Assembly: GCF_009914755.1 (NCBI RefSeq)
Contig: NC_060927.1
Source: the human T2T-CHM13v2.0 reference genome, Homo sapiens
Reading direction: 5' to 3' (one strand)
DNA length: 64,000 nucleotides
Positions within the stretch are counted from its first letter, which is position 1. Each line of letters begins with the position of its first letter. Positions 42,140 through 55,133 of this stretch are shown piece after piece. Made by a program: the position numbers and the translations under genes. Below the pieces are notes generated by a model. The model was not told the DNA's origin and did not search any database. It was given only the letters and a program-made list of their open reading frames with translations.

Positions 42140-44770
42140 TTTTGAACATCTGCTTTCAGCTATAAGAGAGTAGTTTGTAACAAACCAGCACTCACATTAA
42201 GAACAACTGAAAAACAACAGCAACAATTGTGTGAACAGCCTGGAGAGTTTCAAAGGCATTCAGAAATTAAAAGGCCATGAATTCAGTAAGAAGGTAATTT
42301 CACTGATGTGAGCCCAATGTCTCCTTGTCACTGGTTATGTCTTAAGTTATAAATCATGACAGTCTAAAAAGTTGGGGAGAGGAAACCCAATACAAGACAG
42401 AGGAAATAGCAGAGACTTCTGTGATTTTACTGATTAGGGACAAAGGAGATAGAAATTAGTGTTGGCCACTAGAACTAAGACTTTGGAGAGAAAGGGAGCA
42501 TGTAAAAGTGAGCCTAACTTTCTGAGTTGTTTCTTCAATATTTCTGTAAATTATTAAACTGTACAGGCCAATAGTATGTAAAGCTATGAAGAAATAGTCA
42601 GAAAACTCAGAAGAACTCTTGGAAGACTTACAGTGCCAAGAAGAAAAAGCTGGAGCTCTGACCCTACCAAAGTTGAAGATCCTGGTAAATATCCCAGCCA
42701 TTCTCTCTTCCAATTCCCAGAAGACTACACATTAAAAGTAGCAGATAAACCCAACATCTTCAGCATCTTTAAAACTGAAAATGAACTGCAACCCCAAACC
42801 TGATGACATTGAGAAGAGATCCTCCTGTTCTAGCCACCTTACAGAGGATAAGGGAAATGTACTTCAGAGAAAATTTCTACAATTCTCATATACATCATCT
42901 GAAAATCAGTAAAAAGTCACCAGGCATACAAAGAAGATGAACCAAAGGAAACAAAATGCATAATAGAAACAGATATACAGGTGATCTTTGTAAGTTATCA
43001 GATAAGCATTTTTAAGTAGCTGTGATTATTATATTTAAGAAAATAGATGGTGAGATGGATTTTTTTTAGGAATTTGAAAGACTTTTAAAATAATCAAATA
43101 GAAATTACATATATGACAATATAATTATTGGAAGTAAGAATTAAATAGCAGAGAATACTTAATGAGATTACTGTGAAAATGGTAAACACTAGACTCTTGA
43201 GCATTTGGAAAATGGCTATTATAAAATAAGATGTGCTGTCAGTGTAAAATACAGATAGGAGTTCAAAAACTAAGTTAAGAAGTAAACTATCTCATTAACA
43301 TCTTAATATTGATTACATATTAAAATTGTACCACTTTGAGTTAAATAAAATATATGGTTAAAATTAATATTTCCTTTTTACTTTTTAGAATGTAGCTAAT
43401 AGAGAACTCATATGTTGCTTGCATTGTATTTCTATTGGACAGTGCTTATTTAGATTGTGTAGTTATAGAAAATAACTAGATTGATGCATGCAGAGAGAAA
43501 TAAACAGAAAAGAATGTAAGACACAATGGCACAGGAAATACATGTCAAAATGCATATAACTGGATATCTTCAAGGAAGAGAGTGAAGAATGATGTAGAAG
43601 TATTACTTGAATAGATGATGGCTAAGATTTTTCTCAAATTTACAGAATCAACAGTTATAAGCAGGTAAAATAAAAAGACTTTAAGCCACAATAGACTTAT
43701 GGTTCACTTGTCAACATAAATAATGGAAGCTACAATGCAATGGAATGGCATCTTTAAATTGCTGAAAATGTAGCTGTCAACCCAAAATTTTATACTAAGC
43801 AAACATAGTGTTTTGTAAAAGAGGGCAAATTAATAACATTTCTAGGCAAATAACTAAGAGAATTTGTCACTAGGAAAGCTGCATTAAAATAAAATACTAA
43901 AGGGAGCATTTCAGACAATAGAAAGTGACCCTAGGTAGCATCACAGAAATATAGAAAGTACATAATGAACAACAGAAATACAAAAATATGGGCAAAAGTA
44001 AGTATTAAGATTTTTTAAAACCCAAGCATGATAATGTCCTATGTATTTTCAGGTATATATAAAATTAAAATGCCTGACTACAGTAACTCAAAAGGTGAGA
44101 ATTCATAAATAAAATAGAAGCATTAAGGTCTTAGCATTGTTTGCAAAGTATGTTATAAACTAGTACTAATTTTTTATTAGACTGTGATAAGTCAAGGATG
44201 ATACTGGTATTCTTTGTATATTCACTAAATGTATAGTAAAAAATATAAATAACAAATTAGGCTAAAATGGAATGTTGATTATTTCTATAGATGGCAAGAC
44301 AGAAAAGATATGTGGTAAAAAATAGCAAGATGGTAGATATAAATTAAAATAGATCGGTAACTGCATTAAATGTAAATGGAACATATAATTAAAAGAAAAA
44401 ATTGTCATATTAATTTTAAAGCTATCCACTCTATGTTTCTTACAAGCAAAAACAAAAAAATTGAAAGTGAAAAGATAGAAAAGATATATTATAGAAAAAC
44501 TGACCTCTAAAAATCTGGTGTAACTATACTATAAAATGTAGCCTATAACAAAGAAGCATTACCAGAGATAAACAGGGATGCTACATAATGATAGAAGATT
44601 AAATCCCTCAAGAAAATACAATAATTTAAAATTTCATGTACTTAAAAAGATAGCTTCATAAAATGAACAGAAATAAAATTGAAATAGACTTATCAACAAT
44701 CAATAGGAAATTTCAGCATCTCTATCAATTGCAGAAAAAAGGCATAAGGATATGGATAAACTGAATAACA
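42140..44770 (+). mobile_element. Ancient L1M fragments (5' region/ORF1/start of ORF2)
   Basis: A-rich degenerate L1-like sequence such as aatggcatctttaaattgctgaaa..ctgtcaacccaaaattttatac and cattaaatgtaaatgga. Confidence 0.55.
43190..43447. mobile_element. MER33/MER3-like hAT-Charlie element nested in the L1M
   Basis: agatgtgctgtcagtgtaaaataca...ttgcattgtatttctattggacagtgct terminus. Confidence 0.65.
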
Positions 44771-47740
44771 AGTAAAATTGTTAGTGTGCAAAATCAAATC
44801 AATTACCTCCAGTTCAAAATGACTTCTGCCTGTTAAACTCCAATTCAGCTTTTCCAAAGTTTTCTCAAATATTTCCATGTAAATACAAGAAAGGAAGAAA
44901 TAAACAATTTCCCCACATTTAGATGCACGATGCCAGCTTAGGTAGTAAGAGCCTAAAAATTTATATCAGAGCTTCAATATGTTGTCTAAATCAACAATTT
45001 CTTAACATTGAAACCCAACAATTGGTACAAAGATACTGTGCCTTCTCCATGAGGTAGGATAATCAATTCATACAGAACTGGTAGTCTATTCCTACTTTTA
45101 CCATTAATAAACTACTCTCAGGGAGTACGGCCAACCTCTATATTCAACAACGAAGGAAAATCATTTACATCTCAATAAAACAGAAAAAAATATTGGAAGA
45201 CAAATTTGTAATGCTCCTTCTCTCCTTCTCCCTTTTGTGTATGTAGTTTACAAAAGTTCAGCTGAAGTAGCAATGTTTGTCCTAGGGGAATATATCTTTA
45301 AGGCTGAAACTCAGGAATTTGGGGGTCCAACAAAGAGGACAGGGGTTTGTCAAATAGCACTACACAGATATGTCTATTTCACTTACATTTAAGTATGCCT
45401 GCCTCACAAATAGTAAGGTTATTCCCACCAAACTGATACACAGTACAATCGATCATTTTTGTTACATATTTGATTAAAGATAAACTTTTGAAATATTTTT
45501 ACATTCTAAAAATAAATGGTAGTATAGATTTTTGTGCTTTTTTCTTTCTCCCACTATTATATGGTTACCTTTATTATTGTAATTGCTCTAAATGCTTAGG
45601 CTGTATTGGCTGAATTAAAATTAATATTCTTCAAAATTCTTTCTTCTAAATCTATTGGTCTGCAAAACTGAGTTTCTTTGAGCAAGGATCACATTCTAAT
45701 TATTTATCTTCCTTTACTGTTTAGCACAGTGCCTGGCAATAGTAAATAGGAGTTGTTTGAAGAACAACTATATTATATGTTATGACAATTGACTGCAACA
45801 TAATCTACTGCTCTGACATTATAGATGGTTTCTTAGTAAACTACTTTTCAATATACAGCAATTGAGAAGACAGATAATTATATAGTTATAGTTATGTTAA
45901 TGCCATATAACTCTTTGAAAGAATCTGGTCTACAGGCATTAGCACCATAAAATAATTTTGGTCAGTGTGTAGATGGTCGATATTAAAGTTAGATTTTAAA
46001 TAATTTTTTATTGATAGTCTGTATCTTTCATTTAGAGGTCATAAGAATAAATATTGATGTCGAGACAAAAAATACAAATGCTAAAGCATTGATAAATACC
46101 AAAGCAATTTGCTGGCAGATATTAACATTTTTTAAAAAATTACCTTAGTAGTCTATTGCATTATTCTAGACCCTTTTCAAGGAAAACATTTAATTTACTG
46201 CGGAATCCAAGAGAATCTATGCATATGCCAACAGATGTTTATGTGTTAAAAGAAAAACCCTTGGAATATTTTTAGATGTAATTAACACAGTACATGTTAC
46301 ATCTAATTTCCACCTTTAAAAATTACTTGCAATAATTCTCTTCTTTATAAATAATTTAACCTTGAATAGCACAATTTTGGGGGAGTGGCTCAGAAACTTC
46401 TGAACTAGGAGCACATTTAATCTTGTATTTCTACACAATTAGTTTCTGTTTGTTTTCTTTGCTTTACCAAAAATAAACAAAAAACTAAACCATTTTCTGA
46501 AATCAACACAATATATTCCAATAGAAATTGATTTAAAGTCAAGGAAAAGTTTCAGATCTTTTAGGTAATTAAGCAGGTAGTTAATTTTAGGTAGATTAAC
46601 AATTTTATCCAAAGTAAGCATTAAAATTCTGGCTGATGATCTAGTATATTAGAAAAAAATTAAATTTATTGTACAAATGTAGATTATTGATGTCATTCTA
46701 CGTTATTATACGTACTTAAATATAATTGCTGCCTTGTGTTATAGGAGGAGGCTGTTCTATAAATTAGAAATCAGTACATTCTATTGCCTTGTTCCAGATA
46801 TCTAAATGTCACTCTTTTTAATGTGTTCTAGTTAAGAGGAATTCATAAAGATGTGAAGAAATTGATTTCCCAAGTGGTTAACTGGCACTTTAAACACTCG
46901 TGTATTCATTTCTTCATTCTATAAGCATTTATTGGGTACTTGTCACGTGCCAAACTTTATTCTAGGCACTTTGAATATAAGGGAAGTAAAATGAAGTGTA
47001 TAACCTTGAGATTCCATCAATCTAAACAGAATGAGGGAAACAATAATAGAAAGATGATTGTACTACACTTCTGGAAAATGTAATGATAAAGATCAGCACA
47101 GAATATTATAGAAGTAGAATGGTCAAATAGCTAATCCAAACTTGGAGGTTATGGCTAGCAAGAGAAATTTGTAGAAGATAATTCTTGAAAATTTTAAATA
47201 AGGGAAACCCCCTTTGGGTCCTCTCCCCTTGTATGGGAGCTCTGTTTTCACTCTATTTCACTCTATTAAATCTTGCAACTGCACTCTTATGATCCATGTT
47301 TGTTACGGCTTGAGCTGAGCTTTCGCTCGCTGTCCACCACTGCTGTTTTGCCACCATGGCAGACCCACCACTGACCTCCATCCCTCCGCATCCAGCAGGG
47401 TGTCTGCTGTGCTCCTGATCCAGTGAGGCGCCCGTTGCCACTCCCAATTGGGCTAAGGGCTTGCCAATGTTCCTGCATGGCTAAGTGCCTGGGTTCATCC
47501 TAATCGAGCTGAACACAAGTCACTGGGTTCCATGGTTCTCTTCCATGACCCACAACTTCTAATAGAGCTATAACAAGCACTGCATGGCCCAAGATTCCAT
47601 TCCTTGGAATCCGTGAGGCCAAGAACCCCAGGTCAGAGAACACGAGGCTTGCCACCATCTTGGAAGTGGCCCACCGCCATTTTGGAAGTGGCCAACCACC
47701 ATCTTGGGAGCTCTGGGAGCAAGGACCCCTGGTAACATTT

Positions 47741-47758
47741 TGGCGACCACGAAGGGAC
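47741..47758 (+). promoter_or_regulatory. Primer-binding site of the HERV-W copy, tRNA-Arg type
   Basis: TGGCGACCACGAAGGGAC, 3 nt after the U5 end (...ggtaaca). Confidence 0.8.
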
Positions 47759-49721
47759 ATCCCAAGTGGTGAGTAATATTGGACCACTTTCGCTTGCTAT
47801 TCTGTCCTATCCTTCCTTAGAACTGGAGGAAAACACCGGGCACTTGTCGGCCAGTTAAAAATGATAAGCATGGCCGCCGGACTAAAGACTCGGTGTGAGG
47901 CTATCTGGGGAAGGGCTTCCTAACAACCCCCAACCCTTCTACCGGGGACATTGGTCTGCCTGGAGCCAGCTTCCACCTTTGATTTTCTTGGGGAAGCTGA
48001 GGGCCAGCTAGAGGCAGAAAGCTGTTGTCCTGAACTCCCTGCAGTAGCCGGTTAAGATCGTGGCGCAGCCAGAAGTCTCTACTCAACAGTCGCCCATGCG
48101 TGCGCCCCTACCTTTCCTCCTGACCCATACCTCCTGGGTCCTGACCACGACTTTCTTGAAAGTGTAGCCCCAAAATTCTCCTTACCTCTGAATCTGCTTC
48201 CTCTGATCCCTGCCTCCTAGGTACTAATGGTTCAGACTTTCATTTCCTCTAGCAAGTTGTATCTGCAAAGGGATCTAAGGAAGCTCTACACTGCGTCCTT
48301 AGGCACATAGGCTGTAACCCAGGGAGTCTTACCCCTGGTATCCCTCCCGATTTAGGTATACGGCTCTCGACATGGGCAGTTACGTGGGATCCATTCCCCA
48401 CCACCCTTGCCAGGGCCCCAAGTTTGTAATGGCTAAGAAAGACAGAGAGACAGAGATGGAGAGAGAGACAAAGAGGGAGTCAAAGAGAAAAAGAAAGGAA
48501 AAGATAGAAATAGTTAAAAAAAAAAAAAAGTGTGCGTATTCCTTTAAAAGCCAGGGTAAATTTAAAACTTGTAATTGATAATTGCCACTTTGTTGTCAGT
48601 GTAAATAAGGGTGTAGCAAATCCTGAACCCAGTAACCCATGGATGGGCCAAATGCATTCAGTCTGTAGCGACAACTGCTTTACTAAAAGTAGAAAAGTAA
48701 CTTTTAGAGGAAACCTGGTTGTGAGCACACCTCACCAGTTCAGAGTTATTCCAAGTCAAAAAAAAAAAAAGCAAAAAGGTAGCTTACTAACTCAAAAACC
48801 TTAAAGTATTGGGCTATTCTGTTAGAAAAGGGTAATGTAACTCCAACCACTGATAATTCCCTTAACCCAGCAGATTTCCTAACCGGGGATTTAAGACTTA
48901 ATTACCATACAAAGGTCCAACCAGAGCTAGGAGGAACTCCCTTCAGGACAGGAGGTTAGATGGTTCCTCCTAGGTGATTGAGGAAAAAACCACAATGGGT
49001 AATCAGTAATTGATAGGAGACTCTTGTGGAAGCAGAGTTAGAAAATTTGCCTAATAACTGGTCTCCTCAAATGTGCGAGCTGTTTGCACTCAGCCAAGCC
49101 TTAAAGTACTTACAGAATCAAAAAGACTATCTCAATCCTGACTCAAAAAGTTACCTACACCCTCTCTGAAATGAATTTGCATAAGAACTGCTTTTATAGG
49201 AATGCATCTTGATGGGGTGGCTGGGTTGTTATGAAATACTCAGGAACCCAGCCCAGCTCTAGGACTCACCCCTGAGTGCAAAGGCAATGTTGGGCACGCT
49301 GGTAAAGGACCACTAGAATCCAGAGGGTGCCCAGACACCTTTCTTTGTGGTCAAAAGAGGCAGGAAAACAGGTGCAGGACTGCTACATTGGCCAGCATAA
49401 CTAATCCGATAAGCAGAGGTCCGTGGGTGGTTACGCACCCTGGAAAGGAACTCACCTCTGAGCACAAAGGCAATGTTGGGCATGCCGGTAAAGGACCACT
49501 AGAATCCAGCAGCCCGGACCCCTTTCTCTGTGGTCAAGAGAGGCGGGAAAACAGGTGCAGGACTGCTACATCGGTGAGTGTAACTAATCCGATAAGCAGA
49601 GGTCCATGGGTGGTTACACACCCTGGAAAAGAATAAGCATTAGGACCATAGGGGACACTCTAGGACTAATGCTCATGGGAAAATGACTAGGGGTGCTGGC
49701 ATCCCTATTTTCTTTTTTCAG

Positions 49722-49918
49722 AGGGGAAACATTCCCCCCAAGGCAAAAAAACCCCTAACGTATTCTGGAGAACTGGGACCAATTTGACCCTCAGATGCTA
49801 AGAAAGAAATGACATATTCTTCTGCAGTACTACCTGGCCATGATATCCTCTTCAAGGGGGAGAAACCTGGCCTCCTGGGGAAGTATAAATTATAACAGCA
49901 TCTTACAGCTAGACCTCT

Positions 49919-49949
<31 letters not shown>

Positions 49950-50790
49950 GGCAAATGGAGTGAAGCACCATATGTACAAACTTTTTTTCATTAAGAGACA
50001 ACTCGTAATTATGTAAAACGTGTGATTTATGCCCTACAGAAAGCCCTCAGAGTCTACCTCCCTACCCCAGCCCCCATGACCCCAACTAATAAGAACCCCC
50101 CTTCAACGCAGTGTAGACCCTCATTGGGACACAGAATCAGAACATGGAGATTGGTGCTGCAGACATTTGCTAATTTGCGTACTAGAAGGACTAAGGAAAA
50201 CTAGGAAGAAGACTATGAATTATTCAATGATGTCCACTTTAACACAAGTAAAGGAAGAAAATCCTACTGCCTTTCCGGAGAGACTAAGGGGGGTATTGAG
50301 GAAGCATACCTCTCTGTCACCTGACTCTGTTGAAGGCCAACTAATCTTAAAGGATAAGTTTATCACTCAGTCAACTGCAGACATTAGAAAAAAACTTCAA
50401 AAGTCCACCTTAGGCCTGGAGCAAAACTTAGAAACCCTATTGAACTTGGCAACCTTGGTTTTTTTAATAGACATGAGGAGGAGCAGGTGGAACGGGACAA
50501 ATGGGATTAAAAAAAAGGCCACTGCTTTAGTCATGGCCCTCAGGCAAGCAGACTTTGGAGGCTCTGGAAAAGGGAAAAGCTGGGCAAATTGAATGCCTAA
50601 TAGGGCTTGCTTCCAGTGTGGTCTACAAGGATACTTTAAAAAAGATTGTCCAAGTAGAAGTAAGCTGCCCCCTAGTCCATGCCCCTTATGTCAAGAGAAT
50701 CACTGGAAGGCCCACTGCCCCAGGGAATGAAGGTCCTCTGAGTCAGAAGCCACTAACCAGATGATCCAGCAGCAGGACTGAGGGTTCCCG
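49722..50790 (+). pseudogene. gag: HERV-W gag remnant
   Basis: Start codon reads AGG (cagAGGGGAAAC). A26 run at 49924-49949 and an internal deletion near 50107. MHR-like QVKEENPTAFPERLR and a zinc-knuckle remnant; stops and frameshifts. Confidence 0.85.
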
Positions 50791-53373
50791 AGGCAAGCGC
50801 CAGCCCATGCCATCACCCTCACAGAGCCCCGGGTATGCTTGACCATAGAGGCTAACTGTCTCCTGGACACTGGTGCGGCCTTCTCAGTCTTACTCTCCTG
50901 TTCTGGACAACTGTCCTCCAGATCTGTCACTATCCAAGGGGTCCTAGAACAGCCAGTCACGAGATACTTCTCCCAGCCACTAAGCTGTGACTGGGGAGCT
51001 TTAACTCTTTTCACATGCTTTTCTAATTATGCCTGAAAGCCCCACTCCCTTGTTAGGGAGAGACATTCTAGCAAAAGCAGGGGCCATTATACACCTGAAC
51101 ATAGGAGAAGGAACACCTGTTTGTTGTCCCCTGCTTGAGGAAGGAATTAATCCTAAAGTCTAGGCAACAGAAGGACAATATAGACAAGCAAAAAATACCC
51201 GTCCTGTTCAAGTTAAAGAATTCCACCTCCTTTCCCTACCAAAGGCAGTAGCCCCTCAGATCCGAGGCACAACAAGGACTCCAAAAGATTGTTAAGGACG
51301 TAAAAGCCCAAGGCCTAGTAAAAGCATGCAATAGCCCCTGCAATACTCCAATTTTATTATTACAGAGACCCAACAGACAGTGGAGGTTAGTGCAAGATCT
51401 CAGGATTATCAATGAGGCTGTTGTTCCTCTATACCTAGCTGTACCTAACCCTTATACTCTGCTTTCCCAAATACCAGAGGCAGCAAAGTGGTTTACAGTC
51501 CTAGACCTTAAGGGTGCTTTTTTCTGTATCCCTGTACATCCTGACTCTCACTTCTTGTTTGCCTTTGAAGATCCTTTGAACCCAACATCTCAAGTCACCT
51601 GGACTGTTTTACCCCAAGGGTTCAAGGATAGCCCCCATCTATTTGGCCAGGCATTAGCCCAAGACTTGAGCCAGTTCTCATACCTGGACAATCTTGTCCT
51701 TCGGTATGGGGATGATTTAATTTTGGCCACCCGTTCAGAAACCTTGTGCCATCAAGCCACCCAAGCACTCTTAAATTTCCTCGCTACCTGTGGTTACAAG
51801 GTTTCCAAATGAAAGGCTCAGCTCTGCTCACAGCAGGTTAAATACTTAGGGCTAAAATTATCCAAAGGCACCAGGGCCCTCAGTGAGGAATGCATCCAGC
51901 CAATACTGGCTTATTCTCATCCCAAAACCCTAAAGCAACTAAGAGAATTCCTTGGCATAACAGGCTTCTGCCAAATATGGATTCCCAGGTACGGTGAAAT
52001 AGCCAGGCCATTATACACACTAATTAAGGAAACTCAAAAAGCGAATACCCATTTAGTAAGACAGACACCTGAAGCAGAAGCAGCTTTCCAGGCCTTAAAG
52101 AAGGCCCTAACCCAAACCCCAGTGTTAAGCTTGCCAACGGGGCAAGACTTTTCTTTATATGTCACAGAAAAAAAACAGGAATAGCTCTAGGAGTTCTTAC
52201 ACAAGTCCAAAGGACGAGCTTGCAACCTGTGGCATACCTGAGTAAGGAAATAGATGTAGTGACAAAGGGTTGGCCTCATTGTTTACAGGTAGTTGCTGCA
52301 GCAGCAGTCTTAGTATCTGAAGCAGTTAAAATAATACAGGGAAGAAATCTTACTGTGTGGACATCTCATGATGTGAACGGCATGCTCACTACTAAAGGAG
52401 ACTTGTGGCTGTCCGACAACCATTTACTTAAATATCAGGCTCTATTACTTGAAGGGCCAGTGTGGCAACTGCACACTTGTGCAACTCTTAACCCAGCCAC
52501 ATTTCTTTCAGACAATGAAGAAAAGATAGAACATAACTGTCAACAAGTAATTACTCAAACCTGTGCCACTAGAGGGGACCTTTTAGAGGTTCCCTTGACT
52601 GATCCTGACCTCAACTTGTATACTGATGGAAGTTCCTTTGTAGAAAAAGGACTTCAAAAAGTGGGGTATGCAGTGGTCAGTGATAATGGAATACTTAAGG
52701 TAATCCCCTCACTCCAGGAACTAGTGCTCAGCTGGCAGAACTAATAGCCCTAATTTGGGCACTAGAATTAGGAGAAGGAAAAAGGGTAAATATATATAAA
52801 GACTCTAAGTATGCTTACCTAGTCCTCCATGCCCATGCAGCAATATGGAGAGAAAGGGAATTCCTAACTTCTGAGGGAATACCTATCAAACATCAGGAAG
52901 CCATTAGGAGATTATTATTGGCTGTACAGAAACCTAAAGAGGTGATAGTCTTACACTGCCAGGGTCATCAAAAAGGAAAGAAAGGAAAATAGAAGGGAAC
53001 CGCCAAGCGGATATTGAAGTCAAAAAAGCCACAAGGCAGGACCCTTCATTAGAAATGCTTATAGAAGGGCCCCTAGTATAGGGTAATCCCCTCCGGGAAA
53101 CCAAGCCCCAGTACTCAGCAGGAAAAATAGAATAGGGAACCTCACGAGAACAAACTTCCCTCCCCTCCAGATGGCTAGCCACCAAAGAAGGAAAAATACT
53201 TTTGCCTGCAGCTAACTAATAGAAATTACTTAAAACCCTTCACCAAACCTTCCATTAGGCATTGATAGCACCCATCAGATGGCCAAATTATTATTTACTG
53301 GTCCAGGCCTTTTCAAAACTATCAAGCAGATAGATAGTCAGGGCCTGTGAAGTGTGCCAAAGAAATAATCCCC
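50780..53373 (+). pseudogene. pol: HERV-W pro-pol remnant
   Basis: Protease LLDTGA; RT QDLR, VLDLK, LPQGF and YGDD (for YVDD); RNase H YTDGSS; integrase truncated after its zinc finger. Multiple stops. Confidence 0.9.
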
Positions 53374-53632
53374 TATACTGCAGGCCATACATTTCAATCC
53401 CTGTATCTTTAACCTCCTTGTTAAGTTTGTCTCTTCCAGAATCAAAATGGTAAAACTACAAATGGGTCTTCAAATGGAGCCCCAGATGCAGTCCATGACT
53501 AAGATCCACCACAGACCCCTGGACTGGCCTGCTAGCCCATGATCCGATGTTAATGACATCAAAGGCACCCCTCCCAAGGAAATCTCAACTGCCCAACCCC
53601 TACTATGCCCCAATTCAGCAGGAAGCAGTTAG
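53370..53632 (+). pseudogene. env: HERV-W env remnant (tiny SU island + TM cytoplasmic tail)
   Basis: From 53399: PCIFNLLVKFVSSRIKMVKLQMGLQMEPQMQSMTKIHHRPLDWPASP*SDVNDIKGTPPKEISTAQPLLCPNSAGSS*, a syncytin-1-like tail with an in-frame stop. Confidence 0.88.
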
Positions 53633-53690
53633 AGCAGTCATTGGCCAACCTCCCCAACAGCACTTGGATCTTCCTGTTGAGAGGGGGGAC

Positions 53691-54015
53691 TGAGAGATAG
53701 GACTAGCTGGATTTCCTAGGCCAACTAAGAATCCCTAAGCCTAGCTGGGAAGGTGACCGCATCCACCTTTAAACATGGGGCTCGCAACTTAGCTCACACC
53801 CAACCAATCAGAGAGCTCACTAAAATGCTAATTAGGCAAAAACAGGAGGTAAATAATAGCCAATCATCTATTGCCTGAGAGCACAGCAGGAGGGACAAGG
53901 AACGGGATATAAAACCAGGCATTCGAGCTGGCAATGGCAACCCCCTTTGGGTCCCCTTCCCTTGTATGGGAGCTCTGTTTTCACTCTATTTCACTCTATT
54001 AAATCTTGCAACTGC
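53691..54015 (+). promoter_or_regulatory. LTR17 U3-R (3' LTR of the processed copy)
   Basis: Follows PPT gagaggggggac and starts TG. Contains CCAAT boxes, TATA-like tataaaa (~53908) and ATTAAA (53998-54003). Confidence 0.88.
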
Positions 54016-54681
54016 AAAAAAAAAAAAAAATTTAAATAAGTTCCAGATCTTTCATAGATTACATATTAAGGTGAAAGGTGTTCCAAGAAGAAGAATAGTA
54101 TAAACAGTGGCAAAGAGGCAAGAAACAATAAAGTTTGTGCAAAGAATTATACATAGAATCACCTGTTGGTGTGTATCACTCGAGGCAGAGAGCAGGTAGG
54201 AATAAGGCTAGCAATAGGCAAGGCCAGATTAGGTAGATCCTACAACATATATTACAACCTTTTCCTGAACTTGTAGCCAATTTAGAGTCATTGATGAGCA
54301 ATCAGTGGTAGAGTCCAATAGTTAAATGTTGGACTATAGGCAGATAATTCTGGAAGGGATATGGAGAATGGCTTGAAATGGACAAGACTAAAAGCCTTCA
54401 GAACATTTGCAGTAAGCATGTGAATGATAATGAGAATGGTGATAGGAACAGAGAGGAGGAAATAGATTTGGGAAATATGATATTTAGTTAATAAAATCAG
54501 AGCTACATGGTTATTTGGAAATGGGAGGGACGAGGATAAGCCCCTACTGACATCTTAGGAGATGAGCTGAATGACTGTGCTACATTATCTTCTTTACTTC
54601 AAGTTTAATACATGAACTAGAAATTGGTATCATCAGTCAGGAGAAAAGAAGCTTGGAACTTCCAGAAATCAAGACAATTAC

Positions 54682-55133
54682 TTTCATGCGCGTCCGTGTG
54701 AAAAGCCCACCAAACAGGCTTTGTGTGAGCAACATGTCTGTTTATTTCACCTGGGTGCAGGCGGGCTGAGTCTGAAAAGAGAGTCAGCGAAGGGAGATAA
54801 GGGTGGGGCCCTTTTATAGGATTTGAGTAGGTAAAGGAAAATCACAGTCAAAGGGGGTTTGTTCTCTGGCGGGCAGGAGTGGGGGTCGCAAGGTGCTCAG
54901 TGGGGGTGTTTTTGAGCCAGGATGAGCTAGGAAAAGGACTTTCACAAGGTAATGCCATCACTTAAGGCAAGGACCAGCCATTTATACTTTTTTTGTGGTG
55001 GAATGTCATCAGTTAAGGTGGGGCAGGGCATATTCACTTCTTTTGTGATTCTTCAGTTACTTCAGGCCATCTGGGTATATACGTGCAAGTCACAGGGGAT
55101 GCGATGGCTTGGCTTGGGCTCAGAGGCCTGACA
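54682..55133 (-). promoter_or_regulatory. HERV-H 3' LTR (LTR7)
   Basis: Preceded on the - strand by PPT-like ATAAGAAGTCAGGAA; AATAAA present on the - strand. Confidence 0.93.

Larger units (their letters stand above)
47203..54030 (+). mobile_element. HERV-W (HERV17/LTR17) processed pseudogene: R-U5-PBS-leader-gag-pro-pol(del)-env(del)-U3-R-polyA
   Basis: The 5' LTR lacks U3 and the 3' LTR lacks U5. Poly(A) at 54016-54030 follows ATTAAA. TSD aaaattttaaataag (47188-47202) / aaaatttaaataag (54027-54040). Inserted in an L2 remnant. Confidence 0.95.

Noticed and set aside
49261-49632. ~185-bp tandem duplication in the HERV-W leader
   Set aside because: As I recall, a family-level feature of the HERV-W pre-gag region rather than locus-specific.
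51390-52744. 140-aa RT and 174-aa tether/RNase H ORFs as functional pol
   Set aside because: Separated by stops and frameshifts, catalytic motif altered to YGDD, non-ATG starts and no 5' promoter.
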